From assembly GCA_963813155.1 (NCBI GenBank), contig CAWEYG010000001.1:128001-192000 (forward strand): a DNA stretch of 64,000 nucleotides, in the 5' to 3' direction. This document shows, one piece after another, positions 29,052-43,549 of the stretch. Positions within the stretch are counted from its first letter, which is position 1. Every line of letters begins with the position of its first letter. This DNA is from an uncultured Acidobacteriota bacterium. Lineage in GTDB: Bacteria; Acidobacteriota; Thermoanaerobaculia; UBA5066; DATFVB01. Below the pieces are notes generated by a model. It had not been told where the DNA came from. It saw nothing but the letters and a program-made list of their open reading frames with translations, and made no database searches. The position numbers and the translations under genes were made by a program.

Positions 29052-31526
29052 TTACCTCGGATTCGAGCGATCCACACCTCGGGCGCGAATCGGGGTGGGT
29101 CGCACCGGTGGCACCGGGTTCAGGCGGACGGGTGGTCGTCCCACCGACCGGCCGCCTTGCAAATCGATCCTGAAGACAGCGCCCCAGCCTGCGGTTCCAT
29201 CGTTGAACGTCGTTCCATAAAGTTTGCCGTCTGAGGCCTGAATCAAAGAGGCCTGAGGATAGCCACCATCATTCCCCCCGGTGAAGTTGTAGACAACACC
29301 CTCGGTGGGCGAGGTCGCGAGATTCCCGATTTTGAAAACCGTGCCGAAACCATCTACACCGCCGTAGTACGTGGTTCCGTACAGGTTGCCGTCAAAGGCC
29401 TGGATCAATGACGCGACAGGGAGGGCCCCGTCGTTTTCACCCGCAAAACTATAGATAACGCCTTCGACGGGGGTCGTTGAGAGATTGCTGATCTTGAAAA
29501 CGGTTCCCGAGTTGTTCGAGCCGCCGGACCAGGTCGTTCCGTACAGGTTTCCATCGGAGGCTTGGATCAGCGAGGCGAAGGAATTGGACCCGTCGCTTCC
29601 CCCCGTGAAGAAGTGGATCACGCTGAAAGTTGGCGAGGATGCGAGATGGCTAATCTGGAAAACGGTGCCGCAGCCTTGCTGGCAACCGACGTCGTTGAAG
29701 GTATTCCCACCGAAACCCGTGGTTCCGTACAAGTTACCGTCTGAGGCCTGGATCAGGGGACCCATCGGGTTGGATCCGTCGTCTCCGCCCGTGAAGGCGT
29801 AGATCACGCTGAAGGTCGGTGAGGTCGAGAGGTTGCTAATCCTGAAAACGACCCCGGCGTCTTTCGGACCGCCGAATGTCGTCGTTCCGTACAAGCTGCC
29901 GTCGGTTGCTTGGATCATGGAGGCAGAGGGAAGGGACCCGTCACTTTCCCACGCGAACCTGTGAATCACGGTCTCCGTGGGGGAGGTCGCCAGATCGCTG
30001 ACCTTGAAGACAGTCCCGAAATCGCTCCCGCCGGAAGGGGTCGTTCCGTACAGGTTGCCGTCCGAGGCCTGGATCAATGAGGCGAGCGGACCAGACCCGT
30101 CCCTTCCGCCCATGAAGCTGTAGATCACACTCTCAGTGGGCGAGGTTGAGAGATTACTGATCTTGAAGATCGTTCCACAACCGATTGGAGATTCCCCGGG
30201 ACAGTTATTCGACCCGCCAAGAGGGGTCGTTCCGTAGAGATTTCCATCGGAGGTTTGGATCAGGGGGCCGTACGGAGCTACCCCGTCGCCTCCGGCCATG
30301 AAGGCGCATATCACGCTCTCGGTGCCGGATGTCATCAGATCGCTGATCTTGAAGACGGTCCCGAAACTGCTCGAACCGCCGGCATACGTCGTTCCGTAGA
30401 GATTGCCGTCGGAAGCCTGGATCACCGAAGCGTGAGGATTGGACCCATCGCTTCCCCCCGTGAAGGAGTGGGTTACGTTGAAGGTGGGAGAGGTCGTGAG
30501 GTTGCTGATCTTGAAGACCGTCCCCTCATCGCTCGAGCCGCCGAGTCCGGTCGTTCCGTACAGGTTGCCATCGGAGGCCTGAATCAACGAGGCGAAGGGA
30601 ACGCGCCCGTCAGTTGGCGCCGTGAAGCTGTGGATTATGGTTACGATCGGCAAGGTCGCGAGGTCGCTGATCTTAAAAACCGTTCCCTTGTCGTAGAAGA
30701 AAGCACCGAAATCGAGGAAAGTGATCGAATACGTCGTTCCATACAGATTGCCGTCGGAGGCCTGGATCAGGGACGCCGCTTGGGGACTCTCTCGCCCGAA
30801 GCTGTTGTAGATGACGCTCGTCGCCGGCGAAGTCGTGGGATTGCTAATTTTGAACACCGCATCAATTGTCGTGCCATACAGGTTCCCGTCCGAGGCCTGG
30901 ATCAAGGCGGCGGAGGGATAGCCCCCATCGGTATTCCCAGTGAAGCTATAGATCACGCTCTCGGTGGGTACAGTCGAAAGGTCGCTGATCCTGAAAACCG
31001 TACCCGCGCCACTCGAGCCGCCGCCGTACGTGGTTCCGTAGAGATTGCCGTCGGAAGCCTGAATTAAGGAAGCCACCGGCTTGCTCCCGTCGCTTCCTCC
31101 CGCGAGGCTATGGATAACGCTTTCAGTAGGTGTGCCCGAAAGATCTCGGATCACGAACACCGTTCCCATTCCGCTTGAACCACCGTTGCGTGTAGTTCCG
31201 TACAAGTTGCCATCAGAGGCCTGGATCAATGAGGCCTGCGGATCGCCACCGTCGTTTCCGCCCAGGAAGCTGTAAATCACGCTCGGAGTCGGGGAAGTGT
31301 CGAGGCTGCTGATCTTGAAGACGGCGCCCCAACCTTTCGAACCGCCATCGGGCACCGTTCCGTAAAGATTTCCGTCCGAGGCCTGGATTAGTGAAGTTCG
31401 AACGTTTCCCCCCAACGGCGGAGGGAAACTATGGACTATCGCCTCTGAATAAGGCTGCGCAGAAACTGGGACGGCAACCCCGAATGCCACCGCAAACAGC
31501 GCGATAACGCCGTTCCTCCGCTTCAC
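29052..31526 (-). CDS. Secreted GloVer/TIGR03803-type tandem-repeat protein (14 repeats)
   Basis: 14 copies of (A/G)xLIQASDGNLYGTT...GTVFKI; signal peptide; Pro/Arg-rich tail. Start is 31526 (GTG) or 31571. Confidence 0.85.
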   Translation of the reverse strand: MKRRNGVIALFAVAFGVAVPVSAQPYSEAIVHSFPPPLGGNVRTSLIQASDGNLYGTVPDGGSKGWGAVFKISSLDTSPTPSVIYSFLGGNDGGDPQASLIQASDGNLYGTTRNGGSSGMGTVFVIRDLSGTPTESVIHSLAGGSDGSKPVASLIQASDGNLYGTTYGGGSSGAGTVFRISDLSTVPTESVIYSFTGNTDGGYPSAALIQASDGNLYGTTIDAVFKISNPTTSPATSVIYNSFGRESPQAASLIQASDGNLYGTTYSITFLDFGAFFYDKGTVFKISDLATLPIVTIIHSFTAPTDGRVPFASLIQASDGNLYGTTGLGGSSDEGTVFKISNLTTSPTFNVTHSFTGGSDGSNPHASVIQASDGNLYGTTYAGGSSSFGTVFKISDLMTSGTESVICAFMAGGDGVAPYGPLIQTSDGNLYGTTPLGGSNNCPGESPIGCGTIFKISNLSTSPTESVIYSFMGGRDGSGPLASLIQASDGNLYGTTPSGGSDFGTVFKVSDLATSPTETVIHRFAWESDGSLPSASMIQATDGSLYGTTTFGGPKDAGVVFRISNLSTSPTFSVIYAFTGGDDGSNPMGPLIQASDGNLYGTTGFGGNTFNDVGCQQGCGTVFQISHLASSPTFSVIHFFTGGSDGSNSFASLIQASDGNLYGTTWSGGSNNSGTVFKISNLSTTPVEGVIYSFAGENDGALPVASLIQAFDGNLYGTTYYGGVDGFGTVFKIGNLATSPTEGVVYNFTGGNDGGYPQASLIQASDGKLYGTTFNDGTAGWGAVFRIDLQGGRSVGRPPVRLNPVPPVRPTPIRARGVDRSNPR

Positions 31527-31590
31527 GCCAGACCTTCCACTACCCGGATCTACGGAGCTCGGCCCGGTCATGTCGTCGGATCGGGTCGGT

Positions 31591-32562
31591 CTAGCGGAAC
31601 TCCGCCGGAAGCTCCGGCGCGTTTCGCGGGGAGCCCCGAAGCGCCTGCCGCAGCGCGGGTGCCACTTCCGGGTCGGAAACGTTCAGCATCGCGAGGCGGG
31701 GGTCGATCGGGGTCGGCCCCGGAAACCGCCACACCTCGAATCGCAGCCGCGGGGCGTTCACCCAGGGGCTCGCTCCAACGGTGCCGATCCGCTCGCCGCG
31801 CCGCACGCTCTGGCCTCGGCGAACCTGTACCGACTCCAGGTATCCGAAAATCGTGGCGGCGCGCTCTCCGTTCCGGATCGCAACGACTCTCCCGAGATGC
31901 CCGTACGGAGAGCCGGGACGGATCGGGAAAGCGCCCGCCCACCGGACGACCCCGTCGGCCGTCGCGAGAACCGGAAGTCCCGCCGGGCAGGCCAGGTCGA
32001 GCCCGGGGAGGAACTCCCTCTCTCCCGTCAACCGCGATGTCGTCCAGCCAAAGGGGTTCGTCGGCACGAAGGCCGATTCCGGGACCGGCGAGATCGAGGG
32101 GCTCTGCGACGGCCACGTCGGATTCGCGCGCTCGACCTCCTCGAGTCTCTGCAGAGCGCCCCGAAGAAACTCCAGCTCCGCCTCGGTCGCGGCGAGCCGT
32201 CCCGGGTCGGCCCCGCCCGACTCCGGAAACGCCGAAGCCCGCCGAGCGAGGGCCGGCTGATCGTACAGAAAGGCGATTCGCCCGAGCAGGTCGCTGTCCG
32301 ATGCGAGGCGGGACGCCGTTTGCCGCAGGGCGGAAGTGGCGAGCTCGAGCGCCTCCTTCCTCCGTTGGTTGAGCGCGACCACTTCGGACTCCACCTCGCC
32401 GCGTCTCCATCTCACGAGCACCGTGGAGAACAGCAGCGGAAACCCCCCGAGAACGGCGGCGAGTAACAGGAGAAGTGCCGTGACGAGCTTCTGGCGTGCC
32501 GGCGAAAGCTCCAGGGAGACGACGGTTCTCCTTCCGGACGCGGGGTGATACTGAATCTTCAA
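31591..32562 (-). CDS. M23 family peptidase-like protein (TM + coiled coil + M23)
   Basis: [39 protein letters not shown]. The HxxxD and HxH histidines appear to be missing. Confidence 0.8.
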   Translation of the reverse strand: MKIQYHPASGRRTVVSLELSPARQKLVTALLLLLAAVLGGFPLLFSTVLVRWRRGEVESEVVALNQRRKEALELATSALRQTASRLASDSDLLGRIAFLYDQPALARRASAFPESGGADPGRLAATEAELEFLRGALQRLEEVERANPTWPSQSPSISPVPESAFVPTNPFGWTTSRLTGEREFLPGLDLACPAGLPVLATADGVVRWAGAFPIRPGSPYGHLGRVVAIRNGERAATIFGYLESVQVRRGQSVRRGERIGTVGASPWVNAPRLRFEVWRFPGPTPIDPRLAMLNVSDPEVAPALRQALRGSPRNAPELPAEFR

Positions 32563-34443
32563 GGTTCGGAGAAGACCTGAATCGAGAGCTCGCGCGAATC
32601 CTTCGAATCGCCCGACGCGGACGGACGGAACGCGTCCGAGTTTTCAAACAAGAAGACCGCCGGACGGCCCGCGGGCGCGACGAGGGCCAGACGAAGGCCG
32701 CGGTCTCGCAGAAGCTCGGCCGAAAAAAGCATCGTCCCGCCGGACGAGATTCGAAATCGCTCTCCCGTCCGGGTGGGGCTGCGGAAGACGATGCGAACAC
32801 GCTGCCGCTCGCCGGCGAGAAGCCGCACGGCCGCTCGCCGTCCCGACCATCGAAACTCCCCTTCGGGCGACTTCTCCGGAGCGTACATTCCGATCCCGCC
32901 GGAGTAGCGAAACGCGTAGGCGGCGTCCGCCGTCGGCGCGAGGGAGACGCCCCACGCGAGCGCCGCGGCGGCCACGCCGGCCCAGGCGATCTCTGCTCCC
33001 CCGCGACGGCCGTCCGGAATCCCGAAACTGCGCCAGCAGAACGAAGGCGGCGCAGGAGACCTCCGCGGCGAGGAGATGCGACCCGAAAAACAGCGCGACC
33101 GCGAACGCGCCGAGCGCGGCGGCAGCGCCCGACGCCAGCCACGGCGTCTCCCGCCCGGCGCCGAAGGACTTCCTCACCTCCCGCGCCGCGGCCGCGAGAA
33201 ACGCGAGAAAGATGGCCAGACCGACGATGCCCGTCTCGGCGAGCATCTGCAGGTAGAAGTTTCCCGGGATTGTCGTAGCCGCCCATGGCGGCGCCGGCGC
33301 TCGGGCTCACGTTCGGAAGCTGCCACGAGAACGCGTTCCATCCCAGCCCGGCGATCGGATTCCAGCGCCAGGCCTCCGACGCGCCGCGCCACAGAATCGG
33401 CCGGGCCGACGCGCGGAATTCGAGGGGAACGTCCCGGTCGAAGATCGACACGAGCCGCTGAAAGAGGCCGCCGGCACGGCGATCCGCCGCGATGACGAGC
33501 CCGAACAGAGCGACGGCTGCAGCCGCGCCGGCCCACGCGGCGAAACGCCCGCGAGACTTCGCCGGCAGGCGCGACCGGCCCGCCGCGAGGACGATCGCGG
33601 AGCCGCCGACGGCGACGAGAAACCCGCTGCGGGATCCCGACGCCGCGAGCCCCGCGCCGAGCACGGCGGCGCCGATCCACCATCGAACGCGGCGGGAGCT
33701 CCACAGGCTCCCGGCCACGGCCGCCGGTATCGCCAGTCCCACGAGAACTCCGAGAGCGTTCGGATCGGAGCTCAGGCCCTGCAGCCGGCCCGCCAGCTGC
33801 CAGAAGTGAACGCGGGGCGACGGGATCCAGCCCCGGGTCTGCAAGAGGGCGACGAGACCGGACGCGACCGCCCCGGCAATCACGCCCCGAAGCGCGCGGC
33901 GCGCGTCCTCGATGTCGAGTCGGCGAAGAACTCCGTACAGGACGATCCCGGAGAACACCGCGGCGAACGACGCGAGGTCGCCGGCCAGCGCCTCCGCGTC
34001 GGTCATCCCGCGGGGATTGACGACCCGCAGGTCGAGCCCCCGGAACAGCGCCCACAGCGATCGGGCCGACGCCGCGGCCGCAGCGGCGGCGAGGATCCAG
34101 AGAGCGGCGAGGGGAGCGAGAGCGCGGGCGACGGGATCCGGCGGAATCGGGTCCCTGGCCCCGACGAGCTCCCGAAACAGAAACCCCGCTCCGAACGAGA
34201 GGACGACGAGCGCAGTCCAGGGACACTGCGGCGCGCTCTTCAGCAGTGCCGCGGTTCCTCCGGCGACCGCCGAGGCGAACGCCGCCGCCGCGACCCCGAT
34301 CCGGCGGCTCGCGAGCCCGAGCGTTCCAAACGCGAGAGCCACTGCAACGGCCCAGCGAGACTCCGGCGTCGCCGCGGGAAAACCTTCGAGGAGGACGCCG
34401 GCCGCGAACAGCGAAACGAGCGCCCAGCGCGCGGCGCGGAGGG

Positions 34444-34447
<4 letters not shown>
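32559..34447 (-). CDS. O-antigen ligase (Wzy_C) family membrane protein, with two +1 frameshifts (~33262, ~33000)
   Basis: Starts MTLRAARW at the carB stop; [23 protein letters not shown]...[15 protein letters not shown]|[11 protein letters not shown]. Continues in ORFs 32644..33246 and 32559..32975. Confidence 0.75.
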
Positions 34448-37645
<3,198 letters not shown>

Positions 37646-37732
37646 CTATTTGATCCGGCGGAGTATACCCGATTTGGCCCAATCCGCCGCTCCGGGAACG
37701 AGATAACCGGGGAACCGGGGCGCGACTAGCGG

Positions 37733-38950
37733 TTACTCGTACCGGAGGGCTTCCGCGATGCGGAGCCGCGAAGCGCGGCGGGCGGGGAAATAGGACGCCG
37801 CGAAGATGATCGCAAACGAGAAGACCGAGATCGCGGCCAGATCGCGCACCCTCAGGAGGAACGGCACGAACGAGACGAAGTAGATTTCGGCGATCTCGGG
37901 AGGAAACGAGACGAGCCGGAACTTCGTGATGACGAAACAGATCGTCGCCCCGGCCGCGAGCCCGAGGACGACTCCCGCTCCCCCGAGCAGAACTCCCAGC
38001 CGCAGGAAAATTCCGGACGGCAGACGGGGCGGCGCGCCCATCGCCGAGAGCACTCCGATGTCGCGCTGTTTCTCCTGGACATTCATCACGAGAGTCGCCA
38101 CGATGTTGAACGTGGACACCGCCACGATCAGGCCGATCACGAGAAAGAGCGTGATTTTCTGGACCGTCAGCGCGGAGAAGAGATTTCCGTTGAGGGATCT
38201 CCAGTCGGTCACCGTGAACTCGTCGCCGGCCAGCTCGCGGATCTTCACTGTCGATTCGGCCGTCCTGTCGAGAGAATCGAGCCGGACTTCGAGCACGTTG
38301 GCGCCGCTGGACAGGCCGGAGAGTAGGCTCGCGTCCTCCCTTCGGACGAAGACCCACTCGGCGTCGTACTCGTAGAAATTCGTGCGGAAGACCTGCGTCA
38401 CGCGAAAGGCCTTGCGCCGCAGCGAAAGCGCCGAGCCGCGGCGCGAGGCGTCCGGGACGGTCAGGACGACCGTCTCTCCCTTGCCCACGCGCAGCTTGTT
38501 CGCCAGCTCGTATCCGACCGAGCAGCCCGGGAGCTCTCCCGGCGAGGGAGCGGCGGGGCTCGAAACGGAAACCGCGGCGGCAGCCCCGGCCCGGTCGACG
38601 CCCTTGACGATCGCGTTCGAGCCCTCCGGAACGGCCTCGGAGCCCGCGGTCCCCTGGAGGTAGATGACGGCGGCAGTCGAAACGACATTCGGGGCCCGGC
38701 GTACCCGGTCCGCAAGCGCCTCCGGGTGCGCGATGCCTCCCGGGGTGAGCGGAAAGATCACGATTTCCGCGTTGGCGCCGATCAGCTTCGCCTGAATCTC
38801 GTCGCGGTAGCCCGTGAGCAGGCCCATGGCCACGACGAGCGCCGTCACTCCGAGCGCGACTCCGGCGATCGCAAGCCACGACACGCGCGACACGAGGCGG
38901 GAGGAGCGCCGGCGGAGGTATCGAAGGGCGATCTCGGAAGCGAGATTCAC
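37733..38950 (-). CDS. LolC/E (FtsX-like) ABC transporter permease
   Basis: ALRYLR, GVALGVTAL, VSTFNIVATLVMNVQEKQRDIGVL.AMGA, PARRASRL..AEALRYE. Confidence 0.88.
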   Translation of the reverse strand: MNLASEIALRYLRRRSSRLVSRVSWLAIAGVALGVTALVVAMGLLTGYRDEIQAKLIGANAEIVIFPLTPGGIAHPEALADRVRRAPNVVSTAAVIYLQGTAGSEAVPEGSNAIVKGVDRAGAAAAVSVSSPAAPSPGELPGCSVGYELANKLRVGKGETVVLTVPDASRRGSALSLRRKAFRVTQVFRTNFYEYDAEWVFVRREDASLLSGLSSGANVLEVRLDSLDRTAESTVKIRELAGDEFTVTDWRSLNGNLFSALTVQKITLFLVIGLIVAVSTFNIVATLVMNVQEKQRDIGVLSAMGAPPRLPSGIFLRLGVLLGGAGVVLGLAAGATICFVITKFRLVSFPPEIAEIYFVSFVPFLLRVRDLAAISVFSFAIIFAASYFPARRASRLRIAEALRYE

Positions 38951-40053
38951 CGCGCCGATTCCATCAGCGCCAGGAACTCGGGGAACAGCGAGCGGGAATC
39001 ATGCGGGCCGGGCGCTCCCTCGGGGTGGAACTGGACGGCCAGGATTCGGCGGCCCGGGTCTCGAAAGCCCTCGAGCGTCCCGTCGTTCAGGTTCACGTGG
39101 GAAACCCGCGCGCCTGCCGGGAGTCCCAGCGGATCGACGGCGAAACCGTGGTTCTGGGACGTGATCGCGACGGCCCCTCCGCCGGCGTCCTGAACGGGAT
39201 GATTTCCCCCTCGATGGCCGAATTTCAGTTTGAACGTGTCGGCCCCGAGGGCCCGCCCCAGGATCTGGTGGCCGAGACAGACGCCGAAGATCGGTTTGCG
39301 GCCGACGAGCGATGCGACGGTTTCGACGCATTCCGGCAGCGCGGCGGGATCGCCAGGCCCGTTCGACAGGAAGACTCCGTCCGGGGCGGCCGCGAGCACG
39401 TCCGAAGGCGTGGCGGACGCGGGGAACACCGTGACGTCGCAGCCGGCGGCGTTCAGGAGCCGCAGGAGGTTCCTCTTCATTCCGTAGTCGATCGCCGAGA
39501 CGCGAAACCGCGCCCCGCCTGCGGCGGCCCCCGGGTGCGCGGCGGCCGCGCTGAAGTAGACGACATCGGTCCCCGCCGTGCGGGCGAGAGCGCTTCCCTC
39601 CATCTGCGGCGATTCCTGCACCTTCTTTTTCAGCTCCGCGGGGTCGTCGATTTCGGTCGAGATCCCCGCGCGCATCACCCCGAGGGACCTCAGCCGGCGG
39701 ACGAGGCTGCGGGTGTCGAAACCGAAGAGTCCCGGAACGCCTCCCTCCGCGAGGTATTGGGCGAGCCCGAATTCTCCTCCGGCGCCGCTCCAGACCCGGG
39801 GAAAATCGCGCGCGAGAAAGCCCGAGGGTTGGATCCGCGGCGACTCGGCCTCCTCCACTCGCCCGCCGTAGTTCCCGACGTGAGAGGACGTCATCAGGAC
39901 GAGCTGCCCCTTGTAGGAGGGGTCCGTCAAAACCTCCTGGTACCCGGTCATCGAGGTGTTGAAGACGATTTCGCCAAAGAAGGTTCCGGGAGCGCCGATC
40001 GATTCGCCGCGGAAATGGGTTCCGTCCTCGAGGACGAGAAGTCCGCCGCTCAC
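38947..40053 (-). CDS. carA: Carbamoyl-phosphate synthase small subunit
   Basis: [53 protein letters not shown] start overlaps the aroF stop. Confidence 0.95.
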   Translation of the reverse strand: MSGGLLVLEDGTHFRGESIGAPGTFFGEIVFNTSMTGYQEVLTDPSYKGQLVLMTSSHVGNYGGRVEEAESPRIQPSGFLARDFPRVWSGAGGEFGLAQYLAEGGVPGLFGFDTRSLVRRLRSLGVMRAGISTEIDDPAELKKKVQESPQMEGSALARTAGTDVVYFSAAAAHPGAAAGGARFRVSAIDYGMKRNLLRLLNAAGCDVTVFPASATPSDVLAAAPDGVFLSNGPGDPAALPECVETVASLVGRKPIFGVCLGHQILGRALGADTFKLKFGHRGGNHPVQDAGGGAVAITSQNHGFAVDPLGLPAGARVSHVNLNDGTLEGFRDPGRRILAVQFHPEGAPGPHDSRSLFPEFLALMESAR

Positions 40054-41063
40054 GCGCTCCTTCCCATGACGACCGAAAGGGCGCGGACCTGGTTCATCAG
40101 GTCGGCGAACTGCTCCGGAAGCAGCGCCTGAGGACCGTCCGAAAGGGCCGTCTCGGGCTTGTGGTGCACCTCGATGAGCAGACCGTCCGCGCCGACCGCG
40201 ACCGCCGCGCGAGAGAGCGGGATCACCTTGTGGCGCTTTCCCGTGCCGTGCGACGGATCCGCGACGATCGGAAGGTGGGAGATCCTCTGGACGGCCGGAA
40301 TCGAGGAGAGATCGAGCGTGTTGCGGGTGTGGTCGGCGAAGGTCCGAACTCCCCGCTCGCACAGGATCACGTCGTAATTGCCTTCCGCGAGAATGTACTC
40401 CGCCGACAGGAGGAATTCCTCGATCGTCGCGGACATCCCCCGTTTCAACAGGACGGGTTTTCGCAGCCGTCCCACTTTCTTCAGCAGCGAGAAATTCTGC
40501 ATGTTTCGCGCGCCGATCTGAAGGCAGTCGGCGTACTCGGCGACCTCCTCGGCCGTTTCGGTGTCGAGGACTTCGGTGACGATCGGAAGGCCCGTTTCCT
40601 CGCGGGCCTTCGCGAGAATCTTCAAGCCCTCGAGGCCGAGCCCCTGAAACGAGTAAGGAGAAGACCGGGGTTTGTAGGCGCCGCCGCGCAGCAGGCTGGC
40701 GCCCGCGGCCGCGACCCTCCGGGCGATCTCGATCGTCTGCTCTTCCGACTCGACCGCGCACGGTCCGGCCCCGACGACGATCTTCTCTCCTCCCACCTCG
40801 ACCCCACGGATCGAGACGACGGAATTTTCGCGTTTCGATTCTCTCGAAACGAGCTTGTAGGGAGCGCTGACGGGAATGATCTCGAGGACGCCCGGAAGAT
40901 TTTCGAGACCGGTCGGGTCGACGGTGCCGCGGTTGCCCGTGATCCCGATCGCCACGCGCTGCGCGCCGGGAATCGGCGTTGCCTTGAGGCCCATCTGCTC
41001 GACCTTTTCGATGACACGCCGGATCGTTTCGGCGTCGGCCTGCGAGTCCATCACGATGAGCAT
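40050..41063 (-). CDS. aroF: DAHP synthase, type I-beta
   Basis: [45 protein letters not shown]. Confidence 0.93.
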   Translation of the reverse strand: MLIVMDSQADAETIRRVIEKVEQMGLKATPIPGAQRVAIGITGNRGTVDPTGLENLPGVLEIIPVSAPYKLVSRESKRENSVVSIRGVEVGGEKIVVGAGPCAVESEEQTIEIARRVAAAGASLLRGGAYKPRSSPYSFQGLGLEGLKILAKAREETGLPIVTEVLDTETAEEVAEYADCLQIGARNMQNFSLLKKVGRLRKPVLLKRGMSATIEEFLLSAEYILAEGNYDVILCERGVRTFADHTRNTLDLSSIPAVQRISHLPIVADPSHGTGKRHKVIPLSRAAVAVGADGLLIEVHHKPETALSDGPQALLPEQFADLMNQVRALSVVMGRSA

Positions 41064-41098
41064 CGGTGCTAATATATCCGAACCAAAAGGGGGCGCGG

Positions 41099-41815
41099 AT
41101 GCGACGGAAATTCTGGCAAACGAAACTCTGGATCGCCCCGATCCTCGCCGCGTGGGCGTTGCCCGCGCTCGGTTATGTTCTCGTCCTCAAGGATGGAAGC
41201 AAGGTCCTCTCGATCGACCGGTACGAGGTCAAGCGCGGCTTTGCCGTCTTCCACCTTCCCAACGGGACGATCAACCAGATTCCGATGGCGAAGCTGGACG
41301 TCCCGGCGACGGACAAGTACAACAAAGAGAACGTGGGCAACGCGATCACGTGGGACTCGCCGGGCGAAATCGCCACGCCGCCTTCGACCCGCCCGGCCCG
41401 CGATTCCCTGACGAGCTACATCAAGAAGCACGACACGAAGCCCGACCTTCCGGAAGTCCAGCACAGCGCCCCGGCCGCCGCGGTTCCGCAGGCCGATTCC
41501 GGGGATCCGATGGTGATCCGGGAAGCCGCGCGGATCTTCAGCTCGGAAAACATTTCCCAGTACCGCGTGGCGCCCGGCCCCCGGGTGATCTTCGTCGCCG
41601 ACGACGAGAACACGGTTTTCCACGCCATGACTGCCGCTGCCAAGCTCACGATCGCGCTCACGGCGTCGGGGCGGGCGAAGAACCTCGAGATCGAAATCGT
41701 CGCCAGCAACGGCAATCCCGCGGGGCGTTTCAAGATGGACGCGGACGGCGTGAAAGCGCTCGCCGAGGGCGACGTGACTCCCTCGGAGTTCTTCGTCACG
41801 AACGTGATTTTCTGA
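41099..41815 (+). CDS. Hypothetical secreted protein
   Basis: Signal peptide followed by YVLVLKDGS; coding-like codon usage. Confidence 0.75.
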   Translation: MRRKFWQTKLWIAPILAAWALPALGYVLVLKDGSKVLSIDRYEVKRGFAVFHLPNGTINQIPMAKLDVPATDKYNKENVGNAITWDSPGEIATPPSTRPARDSLTSYIKKHDTKPDLPEVQHSAPAAAVPQADSGDPMVIREAARIFSSENISQYRVAPGPRVIFVADDENTVFHAMTAAAKLTIALTASGRAKNLEIEIVASNGNPAGRFKMDADGVKALAEGDVTPSEFFVTNVIF

Positions 41816-41839
41816 CACCGCGCCCCCTCGGCGCCGCGG

Positions 41840-41864
41840 TGTCATCCCCGCGAAAGCGGGGATC
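41840..41864. repeat. REP-type palindrome TGTCATCCCCGCGAAAGCGGGGATC between convergent genes
   Basis: Stem ATCCCCGC-GAAA-GCGGGGAT preceded by GTC; matches the widespread GTCAT(T/C)CCCGCG..GCGGG REP pattern. Confidence 0.6.
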
Positions 41865-41885
41865 GCCTGGGTGGATCGGTAGGCG

Positions 41886-42206
41886 TCAGTGCTCCCCTTG
41901 CGGTTCCGCAGCCAGGTAGAGCCGCGGGTCCTCCCCCGTCCACTGCCGGAACTGGTCCTCGTGGGAAGGAACCGACAGCGTGGATTCGTCTTCGTAGATT
42001 CGCTCCACCCGGTTCATCGGAAAGAACACCGTCGATGGACCAATCTCCCCCTCCTCCCGCCGCGCCACGCTTCGCGCCCAGGGCTCGAAGGATTCGAGCG
42101 TCACACCCCTTAGCGTCACGCCCGCGGGCGCGACCCACTGGAGAAGGCCCCACCAGCGCTCCCGCGGAGTGTGGAGATAGGCGACGACGAAAGTGTCAAC
42201 CCGCAT
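41886..42206 (-). CDS. Conserved hypothetical protein
   Basis: Coupled to mce; beta-rich sequence (PRERWWGLL, VFFPMNRVERI). Confidence 0.7.
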   Translation of the reverse strand: MRVDTFVVAYLHTPRERWWGLLQWVAPAGVTLRGVTLESFEPWARSVARREEGEIGPSTVFFPMNRVERIYEDESTLSVPSHEDQFRQWTGEDPRLYLAAEPQGEH

Positions 42207-42597
42207 GTTCGGTGAGCTCGATCAGGACGCCGCCCCCCGCTTCCGGGTGAAGGAAGGCGACTCTCTTGCCGCCGGCGCCCGGCACGGGCGACCGGTTCAA
42301 CAAACGGTAGCCCCGTTCGGCGAGGCGCGCGAGCGCGGAGTCGAGATCGTCGACCGCGAAGCACAGGTGGTGGATCCCCGGCCCGCGGCGAGCGAGGAAT
42401 TTCGAGATCGGAGAATCGTCCGCGGTTGGCTCGAGCAGCTCGATCCGGACGCCGTCCGCGGGAAGAAACGCGGTGCGGACTTTCTGCGACTCGACGACCT
42501 CGCGATGAGTCTCCTCGAGGCCGAGCTCCCGGAAGATCGCGAGGCTCGAATCGAGCGAGGCGACCGCGATTCCCACGTGGTCGAGTTTCGTGCTCAT
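42196..42597 (-). CDS. mce: Methylmalonyl-CoA epimerase
   Basis: LDHVGIAV, IELLEP, GPGIHHLCFAV, AFLHP...GGVLIEL. Confidence 0.92.
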   Translation of the reverse strand: MSTKLDHVGIAVASLDSSLAIFRELGLEETHREVVESQKVRTAFLPADGVRIELLEPTADDSPISKFLARRGPGIHHLCFAVDDLDSALARLAERGYRLLNRSPVPGAGGKRVAFLHPEAGGGVLIELTEHAG

Positions 42598-42601
42598 GTG
42601 C

Positions 42602-43549
42602 TCATCCCGATTTGAACCTCCGGAACAGCTTCTCGGCGGCCGCGTAGGGGTCGATCCGGCGCTCCGCGACCCGGTCGATCGCTTCCTCGAGGCCGTCGGG
42701 ACGGCTCCGGTCGGCTTCCACCTCTTCGAAGAACTTCGCTTCGAGCAGTCCCCGCAGCCGGGCCGCGGCCCGCTTCCGCCGCCGCTCGCGGTCCTCGCCC
42801 GTCGCTTTCAGATGCTTCCAGTGCTCGTCGAGGCCGTCGCGGACGAGATCGATCCCTTCTTTTTTCGTCGCCACGGCCTTGACGATCGGCGGCCGCCAGC
42901 CGGACACCGGCGTCGTGAAGTCGAGGCTCATCGAGAGCTCCGCGACCGTCCGGTCGGCGCCTTCGCGGTCCGACTTGTTGACGACGAACAGGTCCGCGAT
43001 CTCGAGGATTCCCGCCTTCAGCGCCTGCACGTCGTCCCCGAGGCCGGGCACGACGACGACGGCGATGGAATCGGCCGCCTTCACGATGTCGACTTCGTCC
43101 TGGCCGACGCCGACGGTCTCGATGAGGACGACGCCGAAACCCGCCGCGTCGAGCACGTCGACGGCGTCGATCGTCGCGCGCGACAGCCCGCCGAGCGCTC
43201 CGCGGGTCGCCATCGAGCGGATGAAGACGCCCGGGTCGGTGTACAGGTCCCCCATGCGGATTCGATCGCCCAGAATCGCGCCGCCGGAAAACGGCGACGA
43301 CGGATCGATCGCGACGATGCCGACCCGCTCTCCCGCGGCCCGGTACACCGCCGCGAGCTGGGAGACGAGCGTCGACTTTCCGGCTCCGGGCGGACCGGTG
43401 ATTCCGAGAATCCTCGCGCGGCCGGTCTGCGGATAGATTTCGCGAAGCAGCTCCGCCACGTCGGCTCCTCCGCGTTCGATTCGCGAGATCGCGCGGGCGA
43501 CCTCGCGGGGGCTGTCGAGAATCGCCGCGGGAGCCGGGCCAGGGGTCAA
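42602..43549 (-). CDS. meaB: Methylmalonyl-CoA mutase-associated GTPase
   Basis: GITGPPGAGKST, IDPSSPFSGGAILGDRIRM, IETVGVGQDE, VNKSD. Confidence 0.92.
   Translation of the reverse strand: MTPGPAPAAILDSPREVARAISRIERGGADVAELLREIYPQTGRARILGITGPPGAGKSTLVSQLAAVYRAAGERVGIVAIDPSSPFSGGAILGDRIRMGDLYTDPGVFIRSMATRGALGGLSRATIDAVDVLDAAGFGVVLIETVGVGQDEVDIVKAADSIAVVVVPGLGDDVQALKAGILEIADLFVVNKSDREGADRTVAELSMSLDFTTPVSGWRPPIVKAVATKKEGIDLVRDGLDEHWKHLKATGEDRERRRKRAAARLRGLLEAKFFEEVEADRSRPDGLEEAIDRVAERRIDPYAAAEKLFRRFKSG

Noticed and set aside
29150-31400. Regularly spaced DNA repeats as a CRISPR array or DGR target
   Set aside because: The repeats are degenerate at third codon positions within one ORF, with a ~150-190 bp period. 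No cas or reverse transcriptase gene is present.
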